64,000 nt of DNA from Chrysomallon squamiferum (GCA_012295275.1 CM022674.1:682001-746000); one strand, 5' to 3'; counted from the stretch's first letter, positions 31,002-46,095 are shown. The notes: generated by a model not told the origin, from the letters alone. Translations and numbers: made by a program.

Positions 31002-31954
31002 TCAAGATTCTCTAGAACGTACGATATTGGCAGAGCGTGTTAGGCTCTCTGCAGGTTCCACGTCACCATCACGACGGCAAAATATCATTTTGAAGGCTTT
31101 TCGGAATTCTTTGTTCTTCCAAATATAGACGAAAAAGTTCATCCCGGAGTTAAGAAAGGCCACGGTCATTACGACTCTCTGACTAACCACGGAGTGTCTG
31201 CCGGTGAAATATTTGATGAAGAACACGAGAATGGACGGAATCCAGCAAGTCACGATCAGTCCGTAAATGAGAAGAAAGAGCGTCACGTGTTTGTAGCGGT
31301 TTCTCCGTGCGGCGGTTTGTCCGGAAACGTCCAGGCTCCGTATTTTCATCCGCTGACGGAACGCGGCTCTGGAAATCAGCGCGTACAGAATTCCGGTAGC
31401 GGTGACGAGAACGACGTAAAACGTGATCACCCGTTCAAATACGGCGCCGACATCATGGCGATATTCCGACAGTCTCCCGTCCAGTTCGACGTCGGGTACG
31501 CCAAACCCGAAACGGCTGTCGACACGACCCATGACGTCACAATGAGCACCAGAGTGCTAAATCGACTAACCACGACGTCATAGCGGAATGGATAAATTAT
31601 GTAAATGAACCTGTCTGCGCCAATCAGCGTCGTCGTCAGAAATGACTGGCAGGAGAGGAGAATGAAGGCCGCGAATGACAAGAAACAGAAGACTGAGCTC
31701 CTCGTGTACAGAAGCGGAACTGAAATGGCTGGGATGTAGACGCCGGTGAGCAAGTCCGCCACGGTCAGAGAAATCACGTAAAGGTTAGGAATTATTCGGA
31801 GCGAAGGAGTTCGAACAAAAACAACGACAGTCAGAACGTTGACGGTGCATATAAAAGTGGACAGTGCAAAATGGACTGGCAGCAGTGTGTATGCAGTAAT
31901 TTCTCCAGGGTCAGTTACACGCGTAGCATTGGTAGAAGTATTGGTGTTGTTCAT
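31002..31954 (-). CDS. Intronless class A (rhodopsin-like) GPCR, about 317 aa, with an apparent 1-nt deletion near 31430-31432
   Basis: N-terminal NxT/S sequons (MNNTNTSTNAT), TM1 ..TVNVLTVVVF, TM2 NLYVISLTVADLLTG, TM3 ending in ADRFIYIIYPFRY, TM4 W, TM6 CWIP, TM7 NSGMNFFVY, helix 8 KEFRKAF. Adding one G to AAC GGG TGA TC gives AAC GGG GTG ATC and joins ORFs 31427-31954 and 31002-31532. Confidence 0.9.
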
Positions 31955-32409
31955 TTTTATGAAGGTTGTCGAAGAGACTGCAGTTTTCGATAAAAAAAAA
32001 TAAAATAAATAAAATATAATATATATCGAGATTAAAAACTTCTAATCATAGATAACTGCTGTTGTTTTTATTGCCTGTTATTTTTTTTGTTGTTGTTGTA
32101 AATTAAAATTAAATGTTAAGTAGCTCTTTGAAGTAAAATATTTCAGAAAAAACAACAACATAATACTAAAAGTTATTAAATGTCGTATAAACAAGGATGA
32201 GAAAACGAAAGTGTTTCAACAAATTAAGGAAATGTAGAGAAACAAATATCAACAATGGAACGTTTCTTAATAACTGGATGCTGCTCTATTACGTCTGCTT
32301 CACTGATTTATAACATTTTTGTCGTCGTGTCTGAAGCTCCAGTAATAAAGATTCCAGTAATAATTATCTCTGTTGATCTGGTTGTAACTGGACGCTCTCA
32401 AGATGTCTA

Positions 32410-32640
32410 TAATTCAGTTTATAACTGAAATGTTATAAAGATATCTCTAGCTCAGTTAATAACTAAATGTTATAAAGATATCTATACTTCAGTTTATAAC
32501 TGAACGTTATAAAGATATCTCTAGTTCAGTTTAATAACTAAATGTTATAAAGATATCTATAGTTCAGTTTATAACTGGATGTTATAAAGATATCTATAGT
32601 TCAGTTTATAACTGAATGTTATAAAGATATCTACAGTTCT
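32410..32640. repeat. ~37-bp minisatellite, about 6 copies, each with a TTCAGTT-tat-AACTGAA-type palindrome
   Basis: Unit ttcagtttataactgaatgttataaagatatctatag repeated in tandem upstream of the GPCR. Confidence 0.85.
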
Positions 32641-33729
32641 TTTGCTGTAATCGTAGCTGAATATTCAGATAAAGCACTGCTTCGTAACGAGATGATCAGT
32701 ACAAAGAACTGGCTGTAAAATAGTTAAACGTTTTAAAATTATTATTATTATTATTTTATTCAGTCACGGATACGTAATAAAGATTGCTTTCTTGTCAGAT
32801 ATCTATTATTCATTTTGCAAGACCTGAAGGTTCAGTCTCAAAAGAAAATATGATTCTGAATCGTTAGTATATACATACGTATCTGTGTAACTACATATTA
32901 TACACAACCAAATACATATACAAATCTACATAAATGGAAACCTCACGCATCACGCACACACACACACATACATATATAAATACCAATAAATGAATAATAG
33001 TAATTGTAGTAGTAGCAGTAGTAGTAGTAGTAGTAGTAGTAGAAGTAGTACTGATGGTAATAATAAAGCTAGTTCTATAGAAGGAGGCGGAGGAGATAGT
33101 AGTAGTAGTAGTAGTAGTTGTAGAAGTAGTAGTAGAAAGAAAAACGTAGAAAAAACTAGAAAAACGAGAAGAAGTAGAAAAAATAAGTAGTTATGAAGTA
33201 GAAGAAAAAAGAAGTAGTTAGGAAGTAGAAGAAAAAAAGAAGTAGTTAAGAAGTAGAAGAAAAAAGAATTAGAAGAAAAAAGTAGTTAAGAAGTAGAAGA
33301 AAATGTAGAGGTTTTGGTAAAAGAAGAATCTATATTATAAAAACAAAAAATATACTGACTTGCCATGACGCAGGTAATCATCTGTGTGCTAAATGCAGTA
33401 ACTGTGTATTCTAACCACATTCTGTGCGATTAGTAAACACGTTTTCTCGCTGTAATTAATAAGGAAATGAACCAGCACAAACCAGGAAGAGATTTTTTCG
33501 TATATTAGATTCGTAAGAAAAACGTATTACGTTATACAGAATCGATAGATCAGCTTCGTGTTTTACAAATCTGCGGTGACCGTTGCCGTGATGTTATAAC
33601 ACACATGTTGCTGATCAACACTGCGTTAAAAGTGAACTAAATAAAACAACTGAAACGGTCAGTTACCCATAGGACACACACACCCTTATAGTAACTAATG
33701 AAAGTAATATTAATAATAATAACAAAGAC

Positions 33730-33781
<52 letters not shown>

Positions 33782-33927
33782 TAATAATAATAATAATAAT
33801 AATTAAATTATCCTTGTATATGGTAACATTTTCAACAGAGGAAGTTTCATAAGGAAAAATAACAACATAACGATCAAAAGATTAAATTAAATATCCAGTT
33901 TAAAACAGAATTATTCGATTCAGTAAG

Positions 33928-33978
<51 letters not shown>

Positions 33979-34607
33979 TGTAATATTTCATAATCCTGTT
34001 CTCAGCACAACATATATTGAAATATTTCCCGTTCTAACAGGTCTCAGTGTGTGATTTTCAAATTCCGCAGTATTATACAGTCTCCTCTGTAAAAAGGAAA
34101 ATGCGGACAAAGATGTTCAGCTGCACGGGATTATACGTAAGGTGTTAGTATTGAAAAATGTTAGTAATGGAGAAGGCGAAAAGGATGAAGAATCGGAAAC
34201 GAGGTAAACTGAGTTAATATGACGGCTGTTGTGTTTTCTGATCAAGTTAATATCAAATTTGTCATCGATTGTCATATGACCTTTCGTGTGCGGTTTTTGT
34301 TTTAATTAATAAGCTACTTTTTTTCTTCTTCTTCTTCTGGTTGGTTTGTTTTGTCTGTTGTGGTTTTTATTTTATTTATTTATTTATTTATTTTTTTATT
34401 TTTTTTATTTTTTTGCTTTTTTGCTTTGTTTGTTCTGTTAGTGATAGTAATGTAATAGTAGTGGTGGTAGTAGTATGAACAGTGGTAATAGCAGTTGTAA
34501 TAGTAACAGTAGTAACAGTTACAGTAATAATAAAAGTGATATAATCATCATCATCATCATCATTATTATTATTATCATTATCATCATAATCATAATCATC
34601 ATCATCA

Positions 34608-34642
<35 letters not shown>

Positions 34643-34830
34643 GCTGTTGTTGTTGCTGTCGTGGTTATTTATTATTTTTTTGGTTGTTTTTTTTTTCTTG
34701 CTGCTTTTAACTAATGCACTCATATTTGTCAAGATTATCATCTCATTTTCATAGTTAGTCTCGAGTTATTTCCCTTGCACAATTCAAGACGGAAATCTTG
34801 TTTTATGATTATCCTTGATTTCTGAACTCA

Positions 34831-34867
<37 letters not shown>

Positions 34868-34890
34868 TTAAATATTATTATTATTATTAT

Positions 34891-35058
<168 letters not shown>

Positions 35059-35885
35059 TCTAAAAAGGATGTTTAGTTGGGTATTCATTTATTCGGTTAA
35101 AACAGATGGAGAGACACAGATTGAGGCAGTTTCTCTATAATAACAGTATTTTTGTTTGTTATTCAATTCGTCTCAACAATTTTCTTTTTACTGCCTTTTT
35201 TACAATTATTTTGCTGTTTTGTATACAATGATAATTTCATATTATTATTATTATTATTATTATTGTTATTATTAATGTTGTTGTTGTTGTTGTTGAGATT
35301 GTCGTTGTTGTCATCATCATCATCCATTTCACATATTTCTCAATAAAGCATAAAAAAATCATTCCTTCGAATCTGTACAAATAAACGCACCTTAATCCAA
35401 TATGCAAATGAGCTTTGTGCCGCACGTTTTCATTGGCTCAGTAACAAAACGTAATCTTTTTACACTCGCTGTACCTACCTTATCACGTTTGGTGTTCTCG
35501 ATAATCAGTTCTAGTGGGAAAAAAATAGAGCTGATTTTGGCACCTAGACCTGTATGTGCTAGATGGAAAGAGCCAAAATCGACTGGTTCTGAACACATCG
35601 TCTGCGCTCGCGTGCAAACGACATGTTAATCGTGTCACGTGCGAAGTGCACGTGGAAGTTCGTTTGCAGTTGTTAGAAACTTTAAATACGTGTTTAATTA
35701 AATACGTGTAGAATGTTTTTAAATGATAAAAGCTAAAACTGGAAAAAACTGAGAGTACGAATGATTTAAAAAATAAAGCAAAATATTAAAGACCGGTAAT
35801 TATGAGTGATGTTTGATAAAAATGTTTATAGTAGAGTAATAGTTGTAATGATAGCAGCATTAATAATACCGTATGTTTATCACAG

Positions 35886-36041
<156 letters not shown>

Positions 36042-38475
36042 GTCTTTCTTGATACGTGTATTGTTTTGTACGTGAGTGTGTGTGTGTTTGTGTGTGTGTT
36101 TATATATATATACGGGTACGTACGAGTATGTATATATGCGAGTACGTATGAATGTATGTCTGTACGTATGTATGTGCGTTTATGTTTGTATGTGTCTATC
36201 AGTTCATGCATCCACATACACATACATGTACTTACGAATGTATGTATATTAGTATATATATATTATGTATGTATATATGTATGCTACATATGCATATTCA
36301 TGTATATTTGGGATAATATGTATGTATTTGCATGTCCTATAACAGTTTAAATTTAACGGTCTCATTCACATTACAAGTACTGACGTCATCATTTCTATCT
36401 GGTCTCTCTTATTTGTAATCTCAATTGTACATAGCGATTTCAGCTGACTGTTGGCTGTTGAAGGAATGCTGGAAATGCCTTTGACTTTCACTTCGTCGTT
36501 TGAATGTCGATTAGTTGTAGCAAAACACAGCCAAAACCAATGAAACATTCTGCCAAGCGTTACAACGAAGTTCTGGACATGACGTAACTAGTTGTAAATT
36601 TTAAAGCAAGCGAACGAAAGATAAAATAATGTAATGATAATGGAGGATGAAAAACAAAAATTATGAAAACAAATTTTTCAAAAATTCTATTTTAAACTTT
36701 AAGAGTTTTCCAAAATATTTCAAAAAAAAAAAAAAGAAAAGAAAAAAAAACAAAATCATATTAATAAAAAAGAAAAAGAAAAAACAAAAGATAAAGACAA
36801 AAATTATAATAATTATACAGACACATCGTTCATACCACCTGCGCGCATACATAAACTCGCGCATAAATGCAGATGTACACAAAAGTATAAATATCTAGAA
36901 AAATAGAGATATATAGATAAACAGACTGGATACAAGATGTATGAATATTTATATACGATGAGTATTTATGCACCAGCATACATATACATGTTACACACAC
37001 ACACACGCACGCACGCACATATATGGATATATATGTGTAAAATGGACAAACAAATACAGAAAATGAGAAGGACAGACATATATATGAATGTATGAGATGT
37101 GCAACATGGACAAACAATTAGAGAGAAAATGATACTTCCTGAGTTATTTAATATTGAAACACTTATGAAACTCTACTAAGATAACGTGGTGGTAAATGGT
37201 CAAAGAAAGAGAAAGTAAAATGTTGAATCTTTATTTACTTTTCAATTGTTAGTATTTTAAACATTATTCTTTACATTCATAATATATAAAGACATAATAT
37301 AAAGAGACATTATAATTTTTAATTCACAAGTTTCTACTGTCTTTCGACAGTAAATTGTTTAAATTGTAAACTGTAAACTGATGTTATAAAATAAAAATTT
37401 TACAAATCTAAATATTATTATATTTAATCACAAAATAAAACGTTTATAAATAAATTACGTAAAAATCCTGCAATAAAAATTAAACTTTTGAAACTGTAAA
37501 CTCTATGAAATTTAAGCATAAAATTCATCTTTTAAAAATATAGTCTACGAAATAAAACTATAAAATTAATATTTTCAAACTGTAAAATAACAGAAACTTA
37601 CCGTTTGTTTGTTGTAGTACCATACTGCATCTACTACTCTAAATCAACAAACAGATGGAAAAATAACTGTTACGATAAACTAATTAAATATTCAAATACA
37701 AAATATTTTACTTCAAAGACATTCTCCGCCGCTTAATACGAAACCCACCGAAATCCTCTAACACCTATCAACATTACAAAAAACCAACAATGGAAGAACG
37801 TCACAGTTATGACGTCACAACGAACAGAGTAACGGAAACGATCGGAAATCTCGAGCGACTGTTGACGGGATGGTGTGAACAATAGCCATTTCTTGACCTT
37901 GTTTATTAATTTTTAAACCGCGTTGTGTGTCTAACGTTTACGTCTAACACGTAGTCACGAAGGTCGCGTTGACGGACAAACACCAGGTAAGCTCAAGGAA
38001 TGAAAAAAAAAAAAAAAGGTGTTAAACTTCACACGTCTGTGATCACATGTGTTTCTTTTCGTTTGGTCTCAGCTGGAAGATGTTAGCGGTTTGGTGAAAA
38101 TTTACGTCATTCAAAGAAGAAGACTTCCCAGTCTTGTTAAGATGGAATGTACGTTTGTAAATATCTCTACAGAAGTGTTCTGTTGAAAGCACAAATATGT
38201 TAAATAAATGAAACACAAAGTAAATTATTAAGAATAAATAATGCATGACCCTGAAGAAAAATGAAGAATAAATAAGCAAACAAATAAAGAGAATAATTAA
38301 ATAAATAAATTAAAAAATAAATAAATACTGAGTTAATCAGGACATTTGAAAAGTAAATATAAAAGAAGAAGAAGAAGCTTATCAACAGTTTATTTTTGCT
38401 TTGTTTTTTCCCATCTAATCTTACTTTTTTTCATTCCGTTACTATTTTGTTTTTGTACTTTATTTATCTAGCCAG

Positions 38476-38551
<76 letters not shown>

Positions 38552-38584
38552 TTATATTTCTCTCTGTGTGTGTGTCTCTCTCTC

Positions 38585-38616
<32 letters not shown>

Positions 38617-38649
38617 GCGCCTTTGTCTCTGTCTCTGTCTCTGTCTGTC

Positions 38650-38736
<87 letters not shown>

Positions 38737-39382
38737 TTCTCTTTCTGTTTTATTGTTCTCTCCTACCCTCTCCAGTTCTTGAAAAAAAACATTATACCCT
38801 TCAAACCATCACACCAATGACACTGATATGTAAATACGTTTCATTAACAAAGCTCGGACAATGAAGGGAAGAAAACCAGATTGACACGCTGTTGGCAGTA
38901 ATTGATGTCAGAGTAACTTGACCAATCCACGGCTCTTGGCAGGAATTAATGGACCAATGAAACTCGAGTTCCACACACTGACCTTGCTTGCCCAAGCCAG
39001 ATGTTTAAAATACTCAATAAATAACGAGACATATAATACTTTCATGAAAACTAGTGTAAATAGACGTATACCTTTGATGATTTTTTTTAACTAATAGAGG
39101 GAGAAAAAAAAATGAGGAAATTTATATTTTTCTTTCTAATATTTTCTTTCTTTCTGTTTCTATTTATTTGTTTGTTTACTCGTTTTATTTATTTATTTAT
39201 CTTTTATTTCATTGTTCATCTGGGTTTTTTAAATTTTATTTTTATTTTATTTCTATTATCACTGTCCCTTTATTTCTTCCTTCTTTCTTAGTTTGCTTTT
39301 TCATAATTACATTTTTACTCTATTCATTTCCTTTTTCTTTGTTACGTTATTGATATATTTCTATCAAGCATGTTAACTTTAT

Positions 39383-39500
<118 letters not shown>

Positions 39501-40551
39501 CTCTCCTCTCCTCTACAAAAATAATTACCAGAAAAACAAAAAAAGGGGCGAGAGAGTGTTAACAAATTTGAATAATTTTCTCTCCTTTCTATTACGTCCT
39601 TGATAAAAGGTAATTACAGGTTCGTCGAACAACCACCGTCTTTATTACACCTGTCCGTGACATCAGCGTAACAGGCATCGTAGTCTTCGACATCAATGCA
39701 TTTCATGCGACAACGTCATCATGCTGGCGTCGGTCGGAGGTGCGAAGCAGAATTCGCGCGATGTCGTCACAGACTGGAACAAACACTCGGAACACGCAGT
39801 CTTCTCTCCTGGAACATTCTGCAGAGCGAAGACTTCACTCAACTTGTTTTCCATACGGCTAGATTAAAAAAGGACGTACGCGCTAATTTGCGATTATTTG
39901 TCTAACACATTAGGGATAGTATGGTCAAGGTTGTATTGGTTTGTGTTTGGTCAATAAAATAAGTGGACCCCCTCCCTCCCCGTTGGAACAGGTTAATCTT
40001 TTCACCCTCTTCCTCCCCCTTCTCTCCCCCACCGTCCTCCAGAGACCCTCTCCAGCCCTCAGAATTTGCGACATTTTCTTTGTTTGTTTGTTTAAAGTTG
40101 ACCCATAGATTATGTTAATCACTTTTTTGGCAGAATAAGGAAATATTCGTCGGGAGGTCAGACAAAGCGCAGAAGAGAAGAAAAAAAAAAGAGAAAAAGA
40201 AGAAGAAAGAAGAAAAAGAAGAAGAAGAAGAGTACTTTATAATGGTCTTAAATGGTTAGCCGTTAAATACATTGCATATTTTCGTGATTAATGTTGTTAT
40301 TAAAACTTATAAAATTGACTGATCTGATTTTTTGAATATCAGTTTTTAAACATAATTACGATGAATAGGAGAAACAAACAAATATATATAAAAGACATAA
40401 AACAAATACATTTTTTTTTTGCTCAAGTGTCGATGAATATTAAGAGAAACAAAAACAAATATATATATATATAAAAGACATAAAACAAATACATGTATGC
40501 AATAAAAGCAAAATAACAGCAACAACAAATGGAAGTTTAAACGTATTTCGT

Positions 40552-40599
<48 letters not shown>

Positions 40600-40652
40600 T
40601 TTGTATATCTATTCGACAGTGTAAAAAAATAAAAAAATAAAAAATAAATTAC

Positions 40653-42737
40653 AAATTACCTTGACCCACATAAAGTTTCGAGTCAAGGAGAAACGTTAAT
40701 TCACACGTGTAAAGAATGCATTTCAAGTCTTATTGTCATAACCTTTTTCTAAATATTTGGCAAGTTTGTCAAAAAACGAATAGGTAAGACAAAGAGTTTG
40801 TATATTTTCTTTCATGTTTCCTTGTTTACTGTTGTATTTGTTAAGTAAACTTTAAAAAATTGTATCGAAAGAATACTTGTTTTTAATTTTTTACTAAAAA
40901 ATGTTTAAAAAACCCATTGTGTACGTTATAGAAATTCTCTTAACAGAAGAATCTTGTGATATTTTCTTCCGTGATAAACAAACCTTGATATGAAGTAATG
41001 AGCAACTAACCAAGCAAATAAGAAAGTATGTAACTAACTAAGTAAGTAAGTAAGTAAGTAAGTAAATAATAAATGGATAAATAAATAAACAAGTAAGAGA
41101 ACGAATGAATGAATGACTATATAAATAAATAAACAAGTAAATAAGTAAGTAAACAGTGTCAGTAAACAAATAAAATGGTTTAAATAAATAAATAAATTAG
41201 TAAAATACTTTACACACGCATACACGCTCATACACATACATACATACAGCCACACATACATCCCCCACACACATACTCACACATACATATACACACACAC
41301 ATACCCGCACACACACACCCATATACCCGCACGTATATCACTGTCCTGAAGACACAGTGGACTTAGTCAGTATTTATTGTCAGCTGTATGTATGCTTAGT
41401 ACAGCGAGTGTTGCCAAAGAAAACATTTCCACAGTTAAAAACTGAAAAACCGCCGATTAATGACCAAGGACAAAATATTTACTTGTGCGACTTCTGAGCC
41501 AAGTGTTTACATCTATTAAAATGTTTGGAACTGAAGAACACATTAAAAAGAATAGAGAAAACTAATCGACATAATTTTAAATATGATAGATTATTTTCAA
41601 CACTATCTTCGTCATCATTAACATCATAATCGTCATCATCATCTTACAACACTTGTTTACCTTCATCATCATCATATTATTATTATTAGTAGTAGTAGCC
41701 ATGGTAGTGCTTGTGAAGTAGTAGTAGTTCTTGTTGTTCTAGTCATAGTAGTAATAGTAGAAGAAGTAATAATAATAATGGTAACAGCAGTAGCAGTAGT
41801 AATAATAGTTGTAGTAGTATCAGCAGCAGTAGTAGTAGTAGCAGTGCTAGTAACAGTAGTACTATTAATAATAATAGTAGTGGCAGCAGCGGTAGCAGTA
41901 GTAGTTGTAGTAGATGTTGCTGTTGCTATACCATAAGTAGTAATAAAAGTAGCAGCAACAGCACTACTAGTAGTAGCAGTAGCAAAAGTAGTAGGTGTTG
42001 TTGTTGTAGTTGTTGTAGTTGTTGTTGTACTAGTAGTAGTAGTATTATCAGTGGTGTAATATTGCTATTATTATTATTGCTGTCATTTATTCATGTGTTT
42101 ATTTCTTCCTTGAATAATGTAGAATACGAAATGATTATGAATTTACCGACAACGTTAGGAAATGTCTAAAACAATTTTTAAACTTCGGCTAACTAAAAAC
42201 AGCTACATGCCGGCTGCTGCACGTTACAACTCTGCCCGAAGGCTGCTGATGACGTAGAGAGGATGATGACAGTAAAAATCATACACGCTTGGGAGATTTT
42301 CAGTTTCCATCATTTCTTTCAGACTCTAAAGACCGTACGAGAAATTCAAACATTTAGGGGATTCCTTGGATGCAGCGAATGGATTAAGAATATGTAGCAG
42401 GGTTACTGAATTTTTCGTTATCTCATTCGTTTCTGGCAGAGGAAATTTGTTGTGTTTGTTTACGATTATGCGAATGCTTTAGGAATGAAGAAGAAGAAGA
42501 AGAAGAAGAAATAGAAGAAGAAGAAGAAGAAATAGAAGAAGAAGAAGAAAAGAATGCACGTGAAGGAAAACAAGAATCAGGAAATCATTAAATTATACAA
42601 GGTTTTCAGCATTAAAACTCGTTGAAGTTCATAATGTTCTCATAAATATATATATATATTTTTTTAAATCCAGTTTTGTTTAAAAATAAATAAAATTAAC
42701 AGTTAATGTGAGATTAATAAGTAAGATCATTCTCAGA

Positions 42738-42780
<43 letters not shown>

Positions 42781-42786
42781 CTATTA

Positions 42787-42860
<74 letters not shown>

Positions 42861-44237
42861 AGAATAACAATCTCAAATTTACTTTGCCTTCATCTACTTC
42901 GTACAAGGTCAAAACGACAAATTTCACACATTTTTTAATCCACGATTTTAAGATTTTGCACACATCTCTATAAAGCCGTAGTGGAGGACAAATTTAACTT
43001 ACTTGCTACTTTGAAATAATTAAAAACTTTAACATGAACAAAACTTTAAGGCTAAAAGAAGGTCAGAGGATTGGTTAAGGATATGATTATCCCGACAAGG
43101 ATTAACTTCCTAATTTGGTCAGTCGCTCACAGCAAACAGGAAGGAAGCCGACGACATTACATAATTGTTTTGTAAATCCGTCCCGAATTCCAGAGCACCA
43201 CAACGGCAGCAAAGAAGCCACAACTTGACAAATCTTAGTTAATGTTCAGACGGCTTTGCAACATTTTTTAACACTTAAAACTTGAGGAAGCCATTAGCAG
43301 TACATTTGACTTCCTGGCCTTGGTTATGGTTTTGAGACTATATTAAAAAAACAGAAGAAGATAATGAGGTGAAAAAAAAAAAAAAAAAAAAAAAAAGAAA
43401 AGAAAAGTTAAAATCCTGAGAGTAAGTCAAGGTTATAAAAGTCTCAGCGACAGAAATATTTCAGTTTTAAACTTTTGAAACCTCCGCCGGACCCCAGTCT
43501 GTGCGTGTGTGTGTGTCTACGCACGTTTTGCACGTGCAGTTGTATATTTATGTATGTATGTATGTATGTATGTATGTATGTATGTATTTATTTATGTATT
43601 TAGGAAAGAATATTTTGTTACCAAAAGTACGTCTGATTAGACTCTGAATACAAACAATGGCACACGAGGAGGAGGAAGTCCAAACACGACCTCAGAAAGG
43701 TCAAATGCCTCTGATGAGATTTGAACTTGTGGTCCATTCGACGATGGCAGACGATGTAACCACTAGGCCATCAAGACAACCTGTGTATTATTTCTATCTT
43801 TCTCTCTGTTTATTTAGTTACAAAATTGCTTTATCAATCAGTTTATTTATTCATTTATTTATTCATTCATTCATTTATTTGCCTTGTTAATTATCATCAC
43901 TTCATATTTTTTCTTTGCAATCAGGAAGACATCTTTAACAAAATTTCTCTTACTACGTTCGCCTGTTTAAAAACAGTTTCTGTTATAGCGTACATAGTGT
44001 GAAAACATCTTCACACACATTTTTTAAAGTTTACTTAACAAATACAACAGTAAACAAGGAAACATGAAAGAAAATATACAAAATCTTTAACTTACCTATT
44101 CGGTTTTTTGACAAAACTTGCCAAATATTTAGAAAACAGATTATGACAATAAGACTTGAAATGTAGGAAATGCATTCTTTGCACGTGTGAATTAACGTTT
44201 CTCCTTGACTTACATTTCTCCTAGGTCAAGGTAATTT
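40653..44237. repeat. Long inverted repeat pair (arms about 40653-41021 and 43876-44237); possible non-autonomous TIR element or inverted duplication
   Basis: For example gagaaacgttaattcacacgtg and tatattttctttcatgtttccttgtttactgttgtatttgttaagtaaactttaaaaaa on the left occur as reverse complements at 44020-44210. Outer ends are aaattaccttgacc / ggtcaaggtaattt. Confidence 0.85.
43705..43777 (-). mobile_element. tRNA-derived SINE head or tRNA pseudogene
   Basis: The minus strand reads gtcttgaTGGCCTAGTGGttacatcgtctgccatcgtcgaatggaccacaAGTTCAAATCtcatcagaggc: Pol III A box and B-box-like motif at tRNA spacing, but the cloverleaf stems do not close. Confidence 0.55.
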
Positions 44238-44434
44238 TTTGTTTCAACATTTCCTGTGTGATGTAAACAGCAGAAAATGAAAGACAGAAAAGAAGAAAAA
44301 AAAGATATACTGAAAGATGGACAGAAAATAAGAAGACGTCAGAATAAAACGAAAGAAAAAACGATTTTTTTCTTAATTTGTTTTGTTATGGGTGTTTTTA
44401 TATACGTCTGTCCTTCTGTCTATCTATCTGTCTA

Positions 44435-44478
<44 letters not shown>

Positions 44479-46095
44479 CGTATAGATCTATCTTTCTAGT
44501 TACATGTTATATTCTTATTTCTTTTCTTTCTAAATATATCCCTCAGTCCGTTATTTAGGCTGACTGCACATTGTTTATTTATTTATTTAATTATTTATGT
44601 TATTATATATTTTTTATTTTTTTTATTTTATCAATAGTTAATTAATTAATTAAATTATGCATTTATTTTCATATGACTTCATACTGGAACACATTTCTTT
44701 GTCAATATCACGTTCAAATATCTGAAATCATCACAGACATAAAAAATACAACAACAAATACATCATCCCTTTATTTTTATTTTCTTGGCTTAACTCAGCT
44801 AATCCTTCAAATCCTATCAGAATCCTATCAGAATCCTATTTCCACATAATGCGTCTTCTCTAATTCATTTATTTTTATTTTATCCCAAAAAATATAAATA
44901 TATATTTGAGCAGTATTAGAACTTTTTTTATTATTATTAATATTTTTTTTTTATTTTTATTTTTTTTTTAACCGCACGCTAAACGCTTGCAGTATTCAGA
45001 AATACCGAGAGCTCGATTTATTTGCGGAAGTTACGGAGTTACGTTTCATATGCGGAAATAACGTTTTCAGGCTTCATATGCGGAATTAACGGGTCTGAAG
45101 TCTTTGCCAATAAAAGGCGTGGTCCAGACGATATGTGAAATGTGACAGTTCTGCGAGAACCGCTGCTCAAAGACTGCTGAAGACTTCGGTTTCGCCCTTT
45201 AAGAAATCTCATTCGGTTTCTATAAGGTTTAATTTGAACGCATCATGTTTGCGTTTTGTAACGGTGCATGCTCCTGTTAAAGCGTTGTGTTTAGATTCTG
45301 TAAACGATCTCTTATAAATATGATAACCCGTTTGTAACAGAAGAGCAAAATAAAATATTGTTTAGAAATTTTCGAAAGATAAATTTACATTTTAGAGAAA
45401 AGAAAAAAGAAAATCGAAATAATTTCAATAAAATTTTCTTAAGTATTCCAACTCGTTTCTTTTCGTTTGCTTTTTTTAATTTTCTTGTTGTTGTTGTTTT
45501 CGTTGTTGTTTGTTTGTCTTGACGAAATATAATAAAAACAATTTAATATAATTTTGGTTGAAACAAATTTTATAAAGTAGGTTTATTAACTAATATAAGC
45601 TAAACATATGGAAATGAATTTAAAAATTAAATATATAATCAAAATGCATTTATTAATTAACATATTGTAAAAAAGTAAACCAAAGGAAAACAAATAAAAC
45701 TGAAATCTTCTAATAAATTTTGTTCAGCTGATGTTGAAGGAAAACGAAATATGATTTTGAGTAACATACATATTACTGTATAGTTATTATAATGCAGTAT
45801 ATTAATTAATTTATAACGAAACGAAATTAAAAATGTATCATTGCAGTTTATTAATGAATGTATATTTATAGATGTTAAAACAAAATAGAATATTAATTTC
45901 TATATCATACAGTATTACTTAATCCACATTTACTGAAGTTAAAGCAATTAAAAAAGAAAAAAGAAAGTTTTTAGCACAAAGTATATAATTATGTAATTTA
46001 CAGACAGTCATACAGACAAACATATAGATAGATACAAAGAGAGATATATAGATAGAGAGACAGGTAGATAGATAGATAGAAAGATAGATAGACAC

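Noticed and set aside
32410-32640. CRISPR-like appearance of palindromic repeats (also considered for 50377-50880)
   Set aside because: Head-to-tail tandem units with no unique spacers, no cas genes and a eukaryotic context.
43705-43777. Functional tRNA gene
   Set aside because: A and B boxes are present but the acceptor and anticodon stems do not pair; treated as a SINE head or pseudogene.
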